Below are positions 25,155 to 34,907 of a DNA stretch of 64,000 nt, piece after piece. The translations under genes and the position numbers were made by a program. Under the pieces are notes generated by a model that did not search any database, was not told where the DNA came from, and worked only from the letters and a program-made list of their open reading frames with translations. Numbering within the stretch: position 1 is the first letter of the stretch; each line of letters starts with the position of its first letter. The stretch lies in the IMG/VR virus record IMGVR_UViG_3300044646_001937, positions 124,001 to 188,000 of that record. One strand, given 5' to 3'.

Positions 25155-28100
25155 ATGGCTGACCCAGGCAATTTTGACCCTTATGAGATGTACTCAAATT
25201 TTTCCCATATGGGGAGAAATTTTGGCAATCCATTGCTTAATTCTCTAGCCATGATGGCGTTTGGGCATAATTATATGCCAGACACAGAGGAGAGTGGTCA
25301 GGACATGCATGAGGCTTTATTGCAGAGAGAAAGATCTGCAAATTTCATGCAGCTGCAGAGATCATCCTTTGCAAACAATGCACTTTTCCAGAAAATGGGT
25401 ATATCTGGAAATATGGCAACAAGTGTCATGGCTGGTGTTATGTCATCACCAGATAGCGCAGCATCTAAAATGATGTCAGGCGTTTTGGGCGGAAATCCCA
25501 TGGCCGCATCTGCAAAAATATACTCAGGACTCACAGGCGCAAACGTGATGGGGGCCTTTGGCAGGACAGGGAACATCACAGCTGAAGAAACCGAAAGCGT
25601 GATGCAGTCTCTAGCCAAAAACTTCTACACCTCTCAAAACTATGAAGGACCTGAAGGCGTAAAAGAAGACATTAAAAAGAAAAGCAGACAATATATTACT
25701 GATCTAGCTGAACGAAAAGGAGGCTCTGGGCTTATTGAGTTAAAGGAAAAGGCTGGTATAGATTTAACTGACGGGAAAGGAGGTCTGGCCAAAGATTATA
25801 AAGAAAAAATTGCGAAGTTCGATATCACTGAAGGAGATGATGAGCGGGCTGTAAGACACTCTGCAAGTGATTTAAGAACTAAAAGCAACACACTTTCAGA
25901 TAAAATAAGCAAGGCAACTAAAGAGGGTGATGAGAAGCTAAAAAAGAAACTTGAAGAATCTATAGAAAAAGATCTCAAGGATAACTTTAAAATGGCTAAG
26001 GATGAAATTGATAAGCAGTACAAAAAGAATGGAAAGCTGGATTTATCAAAACTAGAAAAAGATGCAAAAGATTCTTTTTCGCAAACATCCCCGCTTGAAG
26101 GTATGCGTAAAGAGGCGGAAGCGGCCAAAACAGCTGGATCTAGAATTACTGGATTTGATTTTGCGAAATCTAGAGGGTTTAAACTAGAAGACATTACCTC
26201 AGGTTTTACAAAAGCCGCAGAACTCAGAATGCTTGGAGATAGTAGAAGCATGACTCCGACCCAGGCAATGGACAAGTTTTCCAAAAACGCAGGAGGGGCA
26301 ATGGATGCAGCTAGAGGTATATTTGGAAACAGGTCAGGCGGAGAATTAATGGAAAAGATTTCGCAATTTGCAGGATCAAATGTGGATTTAAGCACAAAAG
26401 GAGGCAGCGCCGAGATTGAGGGACTATTACGAAAAACAAATGCTACAGCTAGGGTAGCCGGAGTCAGTATAAAAACAATGTTGGCTATCATTGATTCTGC
26501 AAAACAATTGGCCGCAAATAATCCAGCACTGCAACATATGAGCAGCTCAGCAGCTGTAGAAACGTCACTACAGGCAGTCAAGGGTGCTGCTCAGATGGGT
26601 AAGATGATGACTGGTACGGAATTCAGGCAGGCAGGAGGAACACAGGGGCTATCCTCACAAGCAATCCAAGAGTCGCAAGCTTTTTCACAGTCTGAGTTAG
26701 GACAGAGTACATACGCCTTATTAGCGGCATCAAAAGGTACAGATGCTGAAGACTTCGTTAAGGACCTGGTTAAGAATGGTAAACTCACTGCCCAATATTT
26801 AAATAATGGAGGTATTGCTGAGATCGCCAAGAAAATGGGTAAATCGGAAATGGAAGTTATAAATCTTTCGCAGAACAGGCTGCTGTCAGAGTCGGGCATG
26901 AAAGATGACGACAATACTAAAATTGTTTCTGAAGGCGCAGGAAAGACAGGCGTAGAATCTATGTTTGACTATCTGGCTAAATATGGAAAAGGATACTCCA
27001 AAGAAGATTTAGAAAAAAAATATAAAGAAGAGTATTTGGCTAAAGGTAAATCTGTGAGTGATTTTAAAAGAGAAGTGTTGATGCCTAAGCTTGGAAGAAC
27101 TAAACAAGGTATGGAGCTGGCGCGTACATACGATTTCAGTATCACCAAACACATGCTCGAGTCTGCTATGACTCCTGAGGAAAAAGCAGCAATGGACAAA
27201 GAAATCAAGCAGGAGACAGCTAAATCTGCGGAAGTAGCCAAACAGAATGCAGGTAGAAATGCTCCAATGCTTACGCAAATTATGCAGGGTATAGCTGCTG
27301 GAGATAAAAAATTTGATAAGTATGATATAGATGCAGCCAGGGAAGAAATGTCGAAAATTTTTGCAACAGGAGGCAAAAAGCGAGACGATGTGACTGCCGC
27401 AGCAATGCTTAAAGCTGAAGACGCTGGCGAGGTATTAGTGAAGGAGATTTCAAGCGACCAAAGAATGCCTATGAAGAGATCCGCCCAGCTACTGAGTATA
27501 GTGATGGCAGGCAAAAAGCGTGAACTTGAAAGTCAGGGAGACACCGAAGAGGCCGCAAAGCTGGACACTAATATTACAGAACAAGATATTTCAGAGCTTA
27601 GAAAACAAGGATCTGCAGGTAAGTATAATAACAACAACCAAGCCATGAGTGCTCTTGAGCGCCTTGAAGCTAAACCTGACAACGAATTAACTCAACCTGA
27701 GCGTGAAGAAAAAACAAAACTGCAGAGATTGCGTAAAACAGGGATATTGCAAAACGCCGAAGCTTATGAACATCTAAAAAAGGGCGACACCTCTGCAGCC
27801 ATTAGGTCTGTTGGTCAAGCGGCTGTAGAAGATAATCAAAAAGCAAAAGCCAAAGACGATCTTGTTCCTAAAAATCAATCACCTCAATTACAGGCTTCTA
27901 TGAAAGAAGCTGCAGAGGCTGGTAAAAAAATAATAGATCAGACCACCAAAAAGGGAGGCATTCTAAGTTTTGAGGAAGAAAAAATAGCTGAAGATGTTAA
28001 TAAAGTAACTGAAGCGAACAGAAAGTCACTGATTGAGGCTGGTAGAGTAGATGAAGCCAGAGGACTTGGTAAAGTAACCAACCAGGAGCTGGAAGACCTA

Positions 28101-28766
28101 ACTAAACGCGGCAAAGATGTTCTGGGCGGCATGACTGCTGTGGAGGCGGAAAATGAGTTAGAAAAACTAGAGCACGACGACGCAAAAGGTAAGTTGGACG
28201 AAGCATCTAAAGAAAAATTAAAATTGCTGAGAACAACCAGAAAGATGGGAGGTTTCTCAAGTCAAAAGGCCTTTGAGGGAATGACTTCAGGCAAACGTGA
28301 GCAGGTGGCGATGGGTAGCCTAGAGGCATCAAAAGCTATTCAAAACAAAGTTGCTTTTGATAGTCAAAAAGCAAACATAGACGAAAAGCTATCAAAAGAT
28401 TTAGATAAGTACGAACAAAGCAAAGGCATCAGCGCCGAAGGAAAGGCAGCAATAGCTGAAGCTCGACAGGCCTATACTGTAAATGGCAAGATTGACTTTG
28501 ACAAGATGCGCAAAGATCAGGCTTCTGGAGAAGGGATTTTTAAAGGAAATCAAAAGAAATTTGAAGCTCTTGGAGGGTTGCTCCAAGGATCATCAAAACA
28601 AATTGAAGAAGCCAAAGCGCAAACCATCGCTAAAAACGAGCAGACTGGAGCTGACCCCATGAAACAGGCTCTGGACGCTTTAAAAGAAATGATAGGTTTG
28701 CTAAAAAGCGGCGGAGGTATAGGTGACAAATTAAGCGATTTAGCAAAAGCAATAGCACACATATAA
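25155..28766 (+). CDS. Tape measure protein (1203 aa)
   Basis: Long, helical and K/A/E/G-rich. Follows the G/GT pair and has an internal duplication. Confidence 0.8.
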   Translation: MADPGNFDPYEMYSNFSHMGRNFGNPLLNSLAMMAFGHNYMPDTEESGQDMHEALLQRERSANFMQLQRSSFANNALFQKMGISGNMATSVMAGVMSSPDSAASKMMSGVLGGNPMAASAKIYSGLTGANVMGAFGRTGNITAEETESVMQSLAKNFYTSQNYEGPEGVKEDIKKKSRQYITDLAERKGGSGLIELKEKAGIDLTDGKGGLAKDYKEKIAKFDITEGDDERAVRHSASDLRTKSNTLSDKISKATKEGDEKLKKKLEESIEKDLKDNFKMAKDEIDKQYKKNGKLDLSKLEKDAKDSFSQTSPLEGMRKEAEAAKTAGSRITGFDFAKSRGFKLEDITSGFTKAAELRMLGDSRSMTPTQAMDKFSKNAGGAMDAARGIFGNRSGGELMEKISQFAGSNVDLSTKGGSAEIEGLLRKTNATARVAGVSIKTMLAIIDSAKQLAANNPALQHMSSSAAVETSLQAVKGAAQMGKMMTGTEFRQAGGTQGLSSQAIQESQAFSQSELGQSTYALLAASKGTDAEDFVKDLVKNGKLTAQYLNNGGIAEIAKKMGKSEMEVINLSQNRLLSESGMKDDDNTKIVSEGAGKTGVESMFDYLAKYGKGYSKEDLEKKYKEEYLAKGKSVSDFKREVLMPKLGRTKQGMELARTYDFSITKHMLESAMTPEEKAAMDKEIKQETAKSAEVAKQNAGRNAPMLTQIMQGIAAGDKKFDKYDIDAAREEMSKIFATGGKKRDDVTAAAMLKAEDAGEVLVKEISSDQRMPMKRSAQLLSIVMAGKKRELESQGDTEEAAKLDTNITEQDISELRKQGSAGKYNNNNQAMSALERLEAKPDNELTQPEREEKTKLQRLRKTGILQNAEAYEHLKKGDTSAAIRSVGQAAVEDNQKAKAKDDLVPKNQSPQLQASMKEAAEAGKKIIDQTTKKGGILSFEEEKIAEDVNKVTEANRKSLIEAGRVDEARGLGKVTNQELEDLTKRGKDVLGGMTAVEAENELEKLEHDDAKGKLDEASKEKLKLLRTTRKMGGFSSQKAFEGMTSGKREQVAMGSLEASKAIQNKVAFDSQKANIDEKLSKDLDKYEQSKGISAEGKAAIAEARQAYTVNGKIDFDKMRKDQASGEGIFKGNQKKFEALGGLLQGSSKQIEEAKAQTIAKNEQTGADPMKQALDALKEMIGLLKSGGGIGDKLSDLAKAIAHI

Positions 28767-28773
28767 TAAGCAT

Positions 28774-29211
28774 ATGCCAGCATCACTAGTAACTTTAGGA
28801 GGAGGAGATCTATTTAAAAGCGGAGGAGGAGCCGACTCGCTTGTAAACATACCAATGGTTAATAGCGTCATAGGACCTGGCGGACTAGCTGTGTATGACA
28901 GCGTTAGCGCGCAAGTGGCAGAAACTCTTCAGTTTTTTATTACGTTTGACGACGTAATTAAGTTCATCCATTTTGGAAAAGGTCTTGGTAATGTCACAGC
29001 TCAAGGTACTTTATTTTGTGATTGCAGCGGAGATCTACCAGGAGCCGGCCAAATAGCCGGAGCCATCAAAGGGCTTAGAGGCTCAAAGCAACAGTTATCA
29101 GTAGGAAAACTGCAATGTACTGGAGTAATGACAAGCGCATCAATTACTGTAACAGGTGGAGATGACACCATGGGAATATTTAACTTTCAATTTGCTATAG
29201 TGAACTATTAA
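28774..29211 (+). CDS. Putative tube-initiator/tube-like baseplate protein
   Basis: 145 aa, beta-rich, immediately after the tape measure, with composition similar to the tube. Confidence 0.45.
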   Translation: MPASLVTLGGGDLFKSGGGADSLVNIPMVNSVIGPGGLAVYDSVSAQVAETLQFFITFDDVIKFIHFGKGLGNVTAQGTLFCDCSGDLPGAGQIAGAIKGLRGSKQQLSVGKLQCTGVMTSASITVTGGDDTMGIFNFQFAIVNY

Positions 29212-29213
29212 TT

Positions 29214-30176
29214 ATGTTTAATCATTTCGCAACACTGCTTAGCAACATTGATTTACTGCAACTAGAACCTACAGCAAATAGGTTTTTACTAGCCGCAGGA
29301 AAAGACAAGCTACTAGATGTAACTAATAACAGTGTTCTTAAACTGACAGATACTTATACAACTTTAAAAATAGATAGAATATATTCAGATCTATTAAACA
29401 GAAATTATCACAGGATCGAACTGCCTACACAGCTAGAGGGGGTTTATAATCTTCTTTTTCCTGAAGGCAGTTCTGCATATCATAAGCAGTTTCTATTGTA
29501 CTGCTATTTACGTGTAATTTCAGGAACAGATAAAGCGGAGCATGTTAAAAACTATGACAATAGGATAACTTATAGTCTAAACGAAGTGTCGGAGTATTTT
29601 AAATTTAATAAACTCACAAGAACACTTTATAGTGATAGAGGTTTTGAGTTGCTTGTCTCAGGCAGCCTAAAGCCGCAGAATACTTTAACAAATTCATCCT
29701 CAGTGTTTATCATAAGCCAAGAGAAAGATACCTCTAACGTTTATGTCTATAACGCCACACAAAGAGAATATTACAAAGCAGGAAAAGCCTCCACAAACAA
29801 TCCGCAGGGCATGTCAACCGCTTTAGAGTTCAGCTCACTAGGTCAAACTACATCTAAACCTATAGGTCTAGGAGATACAGGACTAACCATAACTCTCACA
29901 GGAGATTTTAATAACCTTACTACAGGATTCACAAAGTCCAGTAATAAGCGCTGGTCATTCATCGCAGAAGCTCCTTTTGTATTCAGTCTTTCTGAAAAAA
30001 TGAATGACTTGAACTTAAAATATCGTTATATTGAGAGTATGTTTGAATACAATAGAAATGCCTGTAATTTAACGTATGAGAATATGTGGAACCAGCACTT
30101 CAATGATGCATATAAACTTACAGGATTACTTTTAGCCTATGTTGAAAGGGTGCATTTGTTATGGCAGGAGATGTAA
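29214..30176 (+). CDS. Hypothetical baseplate-module protein
   Basis: Packed ORF in the baseplate operon. Confidence 0.5.
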   Translation: MFNHFATLLSNIDLLQLEPTANRFLLAAGKDKLLDVTNNSVLKLTDTYTTLKIDRIYSDLLNRNYHRIELPTQLEGVYNLLFPEGSSAYHKQFLLYCYLRVISGTDKAEHVKNYDNRITYSLNEVSEYFKFNKLTRTLYSDRGFELLVSGSLKPQNTLTNSSSVFIISQEKDTSNVYVYNATQREYYKAGKASTNNPQGMSTALEFSSLGQTTSKPIGLGDTGLTITLTGDFNNLTTGFTKSSNKRWSFIAEAPFVFSLSEKMNDLNLKYRYIESMFEYNRNACNLTYENMWNQHFNDAYKLTGLLLAYVERVHLLWQEM

Positions 30177-31744
30177 AAATAAGTACAAGTATAGGTACAG
30201 CGATAGGAGCAACAATTGTGTATCCTATGGGAGGAATACCCTACGCCGCTGTCGACATTATACCGTCAGGAGGGATTAAAATATCTCAAGGAGGACTACC
30301 TGATATAGATTCTCAAAAACGCCAGGAGGCATCTGTGTCAGTGTCAGTGAAGTCAAATGGAGGCAGGGGAGGTAGTTTAAATTTTAAAGGAGTGATCGAC
30401 GGCATGAGTGTAAACAATATGGTCGGGCAGAGCTCGTACCAAGCAATTATTAAAAACGCCGGCGTATGTCTACTTGAAGCCACAACACTAATGCCTGGTC
30501 TCATTCCCTCAGGTATTAATGTTTACAAAATGCCCAACTTTGGGGCCACTCATAACTCACAAGGAGGAGACGACGACAATTTGGAACATTTTGTAGATAT
30601 GCAGGATGTAGATCTGAAAAAATCTCCAATAGAGGTTTACACAGAAATTCTTAAAAAAATATTACAAATGCAAGTCGATGGCTCGTGGGAGAAAAAAGTA
30701 GGGCTTGAAGAGATGGTTTCAGGAGGACAGCCTTTTGAAAAAATATTCAATGGTTCAGCCTACAAAAAAACAGCAACGAACGCATTAAAGTATATATCTA
30801 CCGTAGATTTAAGCGCAGTTACCTCAGGCGCAGCATCCAAGGTAGGCATGAGCGATGACGCACTGGTGACTAGTTTGATGAGAATTTTTAAACTAGGCCC
30901 CCAGGTAGTGCTTGAGAATTATCTAAACTTCTTAAGATTGTTAGGGTGTACAGTAATATTCAGTAACAGTAAAATGTATGTTGTACCGGAAAACTCTACA
31001 CTTAAACAAGGAGGAAAAGGAATAAACAGCGCTACTCCTAATGACTATAATGCTTATTCATATAACGATAATGGTTATAGAGATATAGGTAGCTGTATAG
31101 TACTGACAGATGGAAGTATGGGAGGATTCAACTTAGCTAGCAAGGGGTTTGATTCAGGCACAATAGGCTGCTTTGAAGACGCGAAAGTATCTAAAGCCGG
31201 AGGAACCCTCATAGTTTCAGCAAACCCATTCATGGCCGCATCAGCAAACGCGCCGGCAGCATCAGACAGTAAAAAAATAGCTCAAAAGATGGACAATCCA
31301 GGAGATCCGTTACTAAAATCTCCAGCTACCGCAGCCGAGCAGGGTAAGGCTCAATCAGGCGCAGCCGCACTAGCCAGCGGAATGAAAAATAGATTTAAGA
31401 AAGTCGGATCAGTGCTAGACAATTATGCACAGTCTGTACTATATCAGGCCAGATATGGAGACAGAACAGGCTCTGTGACTATGGAGTTTAATCCGAATTG
31501 GGTACCAGGAACAGGCGGCTCTATATTTATTAAGCAAACAAATACGTATATACATTTTAATGTAACCACTGTAACGCACATGATTAGTACTGCAGCGCCA
31601 ACCACCGGAACAGCCATAACAACAGTGAGCTTCAACTGTGGAAGAGTAGGTCAAAGTCCTGCAGGACTGGATAGCTATAAATATTTTGGATACGACAGCG
31701 GTAAGGAAAAAGGTATTCAAGGGTCATATATAGGAGATTCTTAA
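30161..31744 (+). CDS. Putative baseplate hub (gp27/gpD-like)
   Basis: Motifs FKGVIDG and GSVTMEFNPNWVPG..VTTVTHMI..TTVSF, typical of hub proteins. Confidence 0.55.
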   Translation: MAGDVKISTSIGTAIGATIVYPMGGIPYAAVDIIPSGGIKISQGGLPDIDSQKRQEASVSVSVKSNGGRGGSLNFKGVIDGMSVNNMVGQSSYQAIIKNAGVCLLEATTLMPGLIPSGINVYKMPNFGATHNSQGGDDDNLEHFVDMQDVDLKKSPIEVYTEILKKILQMQVDGSWEKKVGLEEMVSGGQPFEKIFNGSAYKKTATNALKYISTVDLSAVTSGAASKVGMSDDALVTSLMRIFKLGPQVVLENYLNFLRLLGCTVIFSNSKMYVVPENSTLKQGGKGINSATPNDYNAYSYNDNGYRDIGSCIVLTDGSMGGFNLASKGFDSGTIGCFEDAKVSKAGGTLIVSANPFMAASANAPAASDSKKIAQKMDNPGDPLLKSPATAAEQGKAQSGAAALASGMKNRFKKVGSVLDNYAQSVLYQARYGDRTGSVTMEFNPNWVPGTGGSIFIKQTNTYIHFNVTTVTHMISTAAPTTGTAITTVSFNCGRVGQSPAGLDSYKYFGYDSGKEKGIQGSYIGDS

Positions 31745-31746
31745 TT

Positions 31747-32379
31747 ATGAATGACGTAGAACAGATGATTAAGGACAACAAGAAGTTGATTGAACTGGAA
31801 GTGAGTAGATATGCTACTAACCTACCGAAGATAACTGTACAGCTAGAAGCCTATAAGCTAGCCAGAGAGGCAGCCAAAACATATAGCCCCGCCTCTGGAT
31901 TTAAATTTAGCACGCATCTAGTGAACAGTCTTAAAAAACTATCAAGACTTTCCACGCAATATGGTAACGTAGTGAGAATTCCTGAGAATACTCAGTTTGG
32001 TATAAATAAACTGCAGAAACTTGAAAAGGATCTGGAGCACACTCTAGGTAGAGCACCAACCACAGATGAGCTAAGCCATCACTCAGGAATGTCCATGAAC
32101 GCTATAGTTAATACGCTAGGCAGCAAAAAGATAAGCTCAGGTATATCCTCTCTTTTTGAAAGCCCTACACTGTTTGACAGTAACAATGACGAATGGGTGC
32201 ATTTCGTATATCACGATCTGAGCGACAAAGATAAATTAATTTTTGAACATAAGACAGGATTTGGTGGAAAGCCTGTGATGGACAATTCGTCACTGGCCAA
32301 GAAATTAAATTTGTCTACCAGTACTTTAAGTAATAGAATTAAGATGATAAATAATACATTAGCGAAAGGATGGAAATAA
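31747..32379 (+). CDS. Phage sigma70-family sigma factor (regions 2, 3 and 4)
   Basis: YSPASGFKFSTH (cf. FDPERGFKFSTY). Region 3: VRIP..INKL..LEHTLGRAPTTDELS. Region 4 HTH: LSDKDKLIF..LAKKLNLSTSTLSNRI. Confidence 0.85.
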   Translation: MNDVEQMIKDNKKLIELEVSRYATNLPKITVQLEAYKLAREAAKTYSPASGFKFSTHLVNSLKKLSRLSTQYGNVVRIPENTQFGINKLQKLEKDLEHTLGRAPTTDELSHHSGMSMNAIVNTLGSKKISSGISSLFESPTLFDSNNDEWVHFVYHDLSDKDKLIFEHKTGFGGKPVMDNSSLAKKLNLSTSTLSNRIKMINNTLAKGWK

Positions 32380-32796
32380 ATGGCAGTTTTCTCAAAACTT
32401 AAAAGACTTGTAGAGAAGTTCGATACTTGGATGCAAAAAATCCCCACAGCCCGTTTGGGTAATGATGTGGAGGGCAGAGCTTGGTTTGCTAAGAGTATAG
32501 AATATACAAACCCTTTTAAGCTTCAAAACCTGCGAAATATTACAGACAGGGAAGATCTAAATAGTGATTATTCTGCTAAATATGACGTAAAAGACCCTAA
32601 AGGCAGAAAAGGCATAAGTGGTATTAAAGTTGAAATCTCTGCGCTGTACAGTTTTCAAAAATGTTTTGTGCAGAGGTATAAAGGTAGAATGCACTACTAC
32701 AGGGATGACCTCTCACAAAAGGGAGCTAGAAATATGGGTACAGTAAACCAGTCTCTAGGTATACTTGAAGAGTTTAAAAATAACCTTAAAAATTAA
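32380..32796 (+). CDS. Hypothetical basic protein
   Basis: Abuts the sigma stop codon (TAA-ATG). Confidence 0.55.
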   Translation: MAVFSKLKRLVEKFDTWMQKIPTARLGNDVEGRAWFAKSIEYTNPFKLQNLRNITDREDLNSDYSAKYDVKDPKGRKGISGIKVEISALYSFQKCFVQRYKGRMHYYRDDLSQKGARNMGTVNQSLGILEEFKNNLKN

Positions 32797-32798
32797 CC

Positions 32799-33278
32799 AT
32801 GCCGATCAGCTCTATCACCTCAAATTACATAGACAGAAAAAAAGACATTAGTATATTTCAATATCCTAATGCTCTAGCTATTGGAGAGCAGACAGTGGCA
32901 CCTAAGTTTGGTAAAATTTCCAGATACTGTACTGGAGTACAAAAGCTGATCCAAAATTATGCTGTGATGCTTCTCACCAATATAGGTTCTCAACCAAATT
33001 ACCCCACCTTTGGCACAAATTTAATGGGCAAACTTAATGCAGGAATTTCACCTGTAGACAAACTTGCAGCATCTCAGCTTTTTGAATTAGCTAGTTATGA
33101 GACAGTATCAGCGTTAAAAAGCTACCAGCATTATCGCACAGACATTCCAGACGATGAGCTCATTGTTGACGCCACATTGACTGATATAGCTCTCCAGGGA
33201 GGCTTTGCAGCTTTCGAAGTAACAATAACAACCCAAGCCGGTGATGCGGTTGAGTTCGTAGTCCCATTACCTAAATAA
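32799..33278 (+). CDS. Baseplate wedge/sheath initiator, gp25-like
   Basis: GVQKLIQ..LLTNIGS..YPTFGTNL matches the gp25/W pattern. Directly before the J-like gene. Confidence 0.7.
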   Translation: MPISSITSNYIDRKKDISIFQYPNALAIGEQTVAPKFGKISRYCTGVQKLIQNYAVMLLTNIGSQPNYPTFGTNLMGKLNAGISPVDKLAASQLFELASYETVSALKSYQHYRTDIPDDELIVDATLTDIALQGGFAAFEVTITTQAGDAVEFVVPLPK

Positions 33279-33283
33279 ATATT

Positions 33284-34906
33284 ATGGCCGAAAACATAGA
33301 AGCAACAGTAGAGCGCCTCACAGCCTTCATAGAGCAGAACTACGCCGACGTAGAAGCAGGACCAGGGTCAGTCATCAGCGAGCTACTAATAAAGTTGGCT
33401 GCTACATTACACAATGAGCAGTACAATCTTATTACACAACTAGAACAGGGAAATACATTTTTAAAAGTAGCCGAATCGACTGAAGACACATATTCCCCGA
33501 TAATTGACCAGCTGGCGTCAAACTATAACACAGCCAGAAACGCAGGTATTAAGGTCAAAGGCAGAATCAAGGTAACTATTGACGATGATAATGAATACAA
33601 TTTTACAGCACGTCAGATCCAGTTTATTCAACCCAGCTTAAACCTTAGATATTTCCTGACAACAGATGCTCGTGTAAGATTATCTCCATCTCCAACACTA
33701 GCTGAAACGCAGTTGTATCGCGATAACGGTCTTTACTATTTTATATTAGATGTAGAGGCAGAGTATGCAGGCGAGCAGTATCAGGCGTCTTCAGGAACTT
33801 TGTTTACTGTCGGAGAAAACAATTTTATCGATGGTTTTGTAAAAGCAGAAGCTTATGGTAATTTCTCATCAGGTTTGTCACCAGAAACAGATAAAGAGTT
33901 GGTAGCTAAAATAAAATATAATTTAGGTAACACCAGGTTTGATTCGCCTGCAGGTATAGCAAACAGGTTCAGCAGGGAATTTCCAGGCTTTCAATATCTC
34001 TCTGTATGTGGCGCAAACGATATAGAGATGACTAGGTCTAAACAAAACGCGCTAGGCATATCAACATTCGGTAAGGCTGACGTGTATGTAAGGTCAAGCA
34101 TTGGGCCGCAAGTAATGCACCTTAAGAAGCAGGCCACAAAAACTGCAGAAAACACATGGACTATTGATATGTTGAATCATGAAGTTCCAGGCTTTTACAA
34201 TATTGTTAGTATTATTCCTGATGTGGTAGACATGTCACTGGGTGGAACATTGCTACAGAAAACGCCTATAGCCTACAGTTACGCATACTATCCTGAAAAA
34301 AGAAATAACGAGTTGTATAGTGTCATAGATGCAAGGTTTACAAAATATCAAACAGCAACCGTCACACTTGATTATGCCGACCCTGGTAATGCAGAAATAG
34401 GAAGCAATGCTTATTTCTTACTGCAGGTTAACTATCAACCTAATATTGCGGAAATGCAAGACCTGCTATTGTCTGACACTGAAAGATTAGCTTGCGCAGA
34501 CTATCTTGTAAAAGCAGTGATTCCATGTATGGTTTCACTGAATATTCAGCTACTTAAGAAAAGACCAACAGACACGTTTGAGTCACTGAATATTCAGCAG
34601 CTTAAAAAAGATATTTTCTTATATATTAACACAATTCCATTTGGAGAAGAATTGCATGCATCTAGAATAGTAGATATATGTCATAATTACGACATCAGAC
34701 GAGTAGATCTACCGATAAGCATGAAGGGTGTCATCCTATGTCCAGACGGAACCAGCCTACCTATTTCAGGCAATGACGCGCTAACCATCCCAAATAATCT
34801 GGCTAAGGGGGTAACTCCAAAAACAACAGCTTATTTCATAGACTATTACAGAACAGAAAACGGGCAGATCAACCCTATTGATAACATAGGCTTAAATATT
34901 GTTTAA
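33284..34906 (+). CDS. Baseplate J-like wedge protein
   Basis: Motifs GPGSVISELL, IDQLASNY..R..G, ETDKELVAK and GKADVYV. Confidence 0.8.
   Translation: MAENIEATVERLTAFIEQNYADVEAGPGSVISELLIKLAATLHNEQYNLITQLEQGNTFLKVAESTEDTYSPIIDQLASNYNTARNAGIKVKGRIKVTIDDDNEYNFTARQIQFIQPSLNLRYFLTTDARVRLSPSPTLAETQLYRDNGLYYFILDVEAEYAGEQYQASSGTLFTVGENNFIDGFVKAEAYGNFSSGLSPETDKELVAKIKYNLGNTRFDSPAGIANRFSREFPGFQYLSVCGANDIEMTRSKQNALGISTFGKADVYVRSSIGPQVMHLKKQATKTAENTWTIDMLNHEVPGFYNIVSIIPDVVDMSLGGTLLQKTPIAYSYAYYPEKRNNELYSVIDARFTKYQTATVTLDYADPGNAEIGSNAYFLLQVNYQPNIAEMQDLLLSDTERLACADYLVKAVIPCMVSLNIQLLKKRPTDTFESLNIQQLKKDIFLYINTIPFGEELHASRIVDICHNYDIRRVDLPISMKGVILCPDGTSLPISGNDALTIPNNLAKGVTPKTTAYFIDYYRTENGQINPIDNIGLNIV
34535..34598. 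repeat. Direct repeat TCACTGAATATTCAGC, two copies 48 bp apart, each containing the palindrome CTGAATATTCAG
   Basis: Copies at 34535-34550 and 34583-34598, encoding SLNIQ twice. Confidence 0.8.
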
Positions 34907-34907
34907 A

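Noticed and set aside
25796-27514. Long minus-strand ORFs (261, 107 and 181 aa) opposite the tape measure, and similar ones elsewhere (23482-24027, 43416-44153)
   Set aside because: They are antisense shadows of long plus-strand genes, with Ser/Leu/Phe-rich mirror composition and no independent signals.
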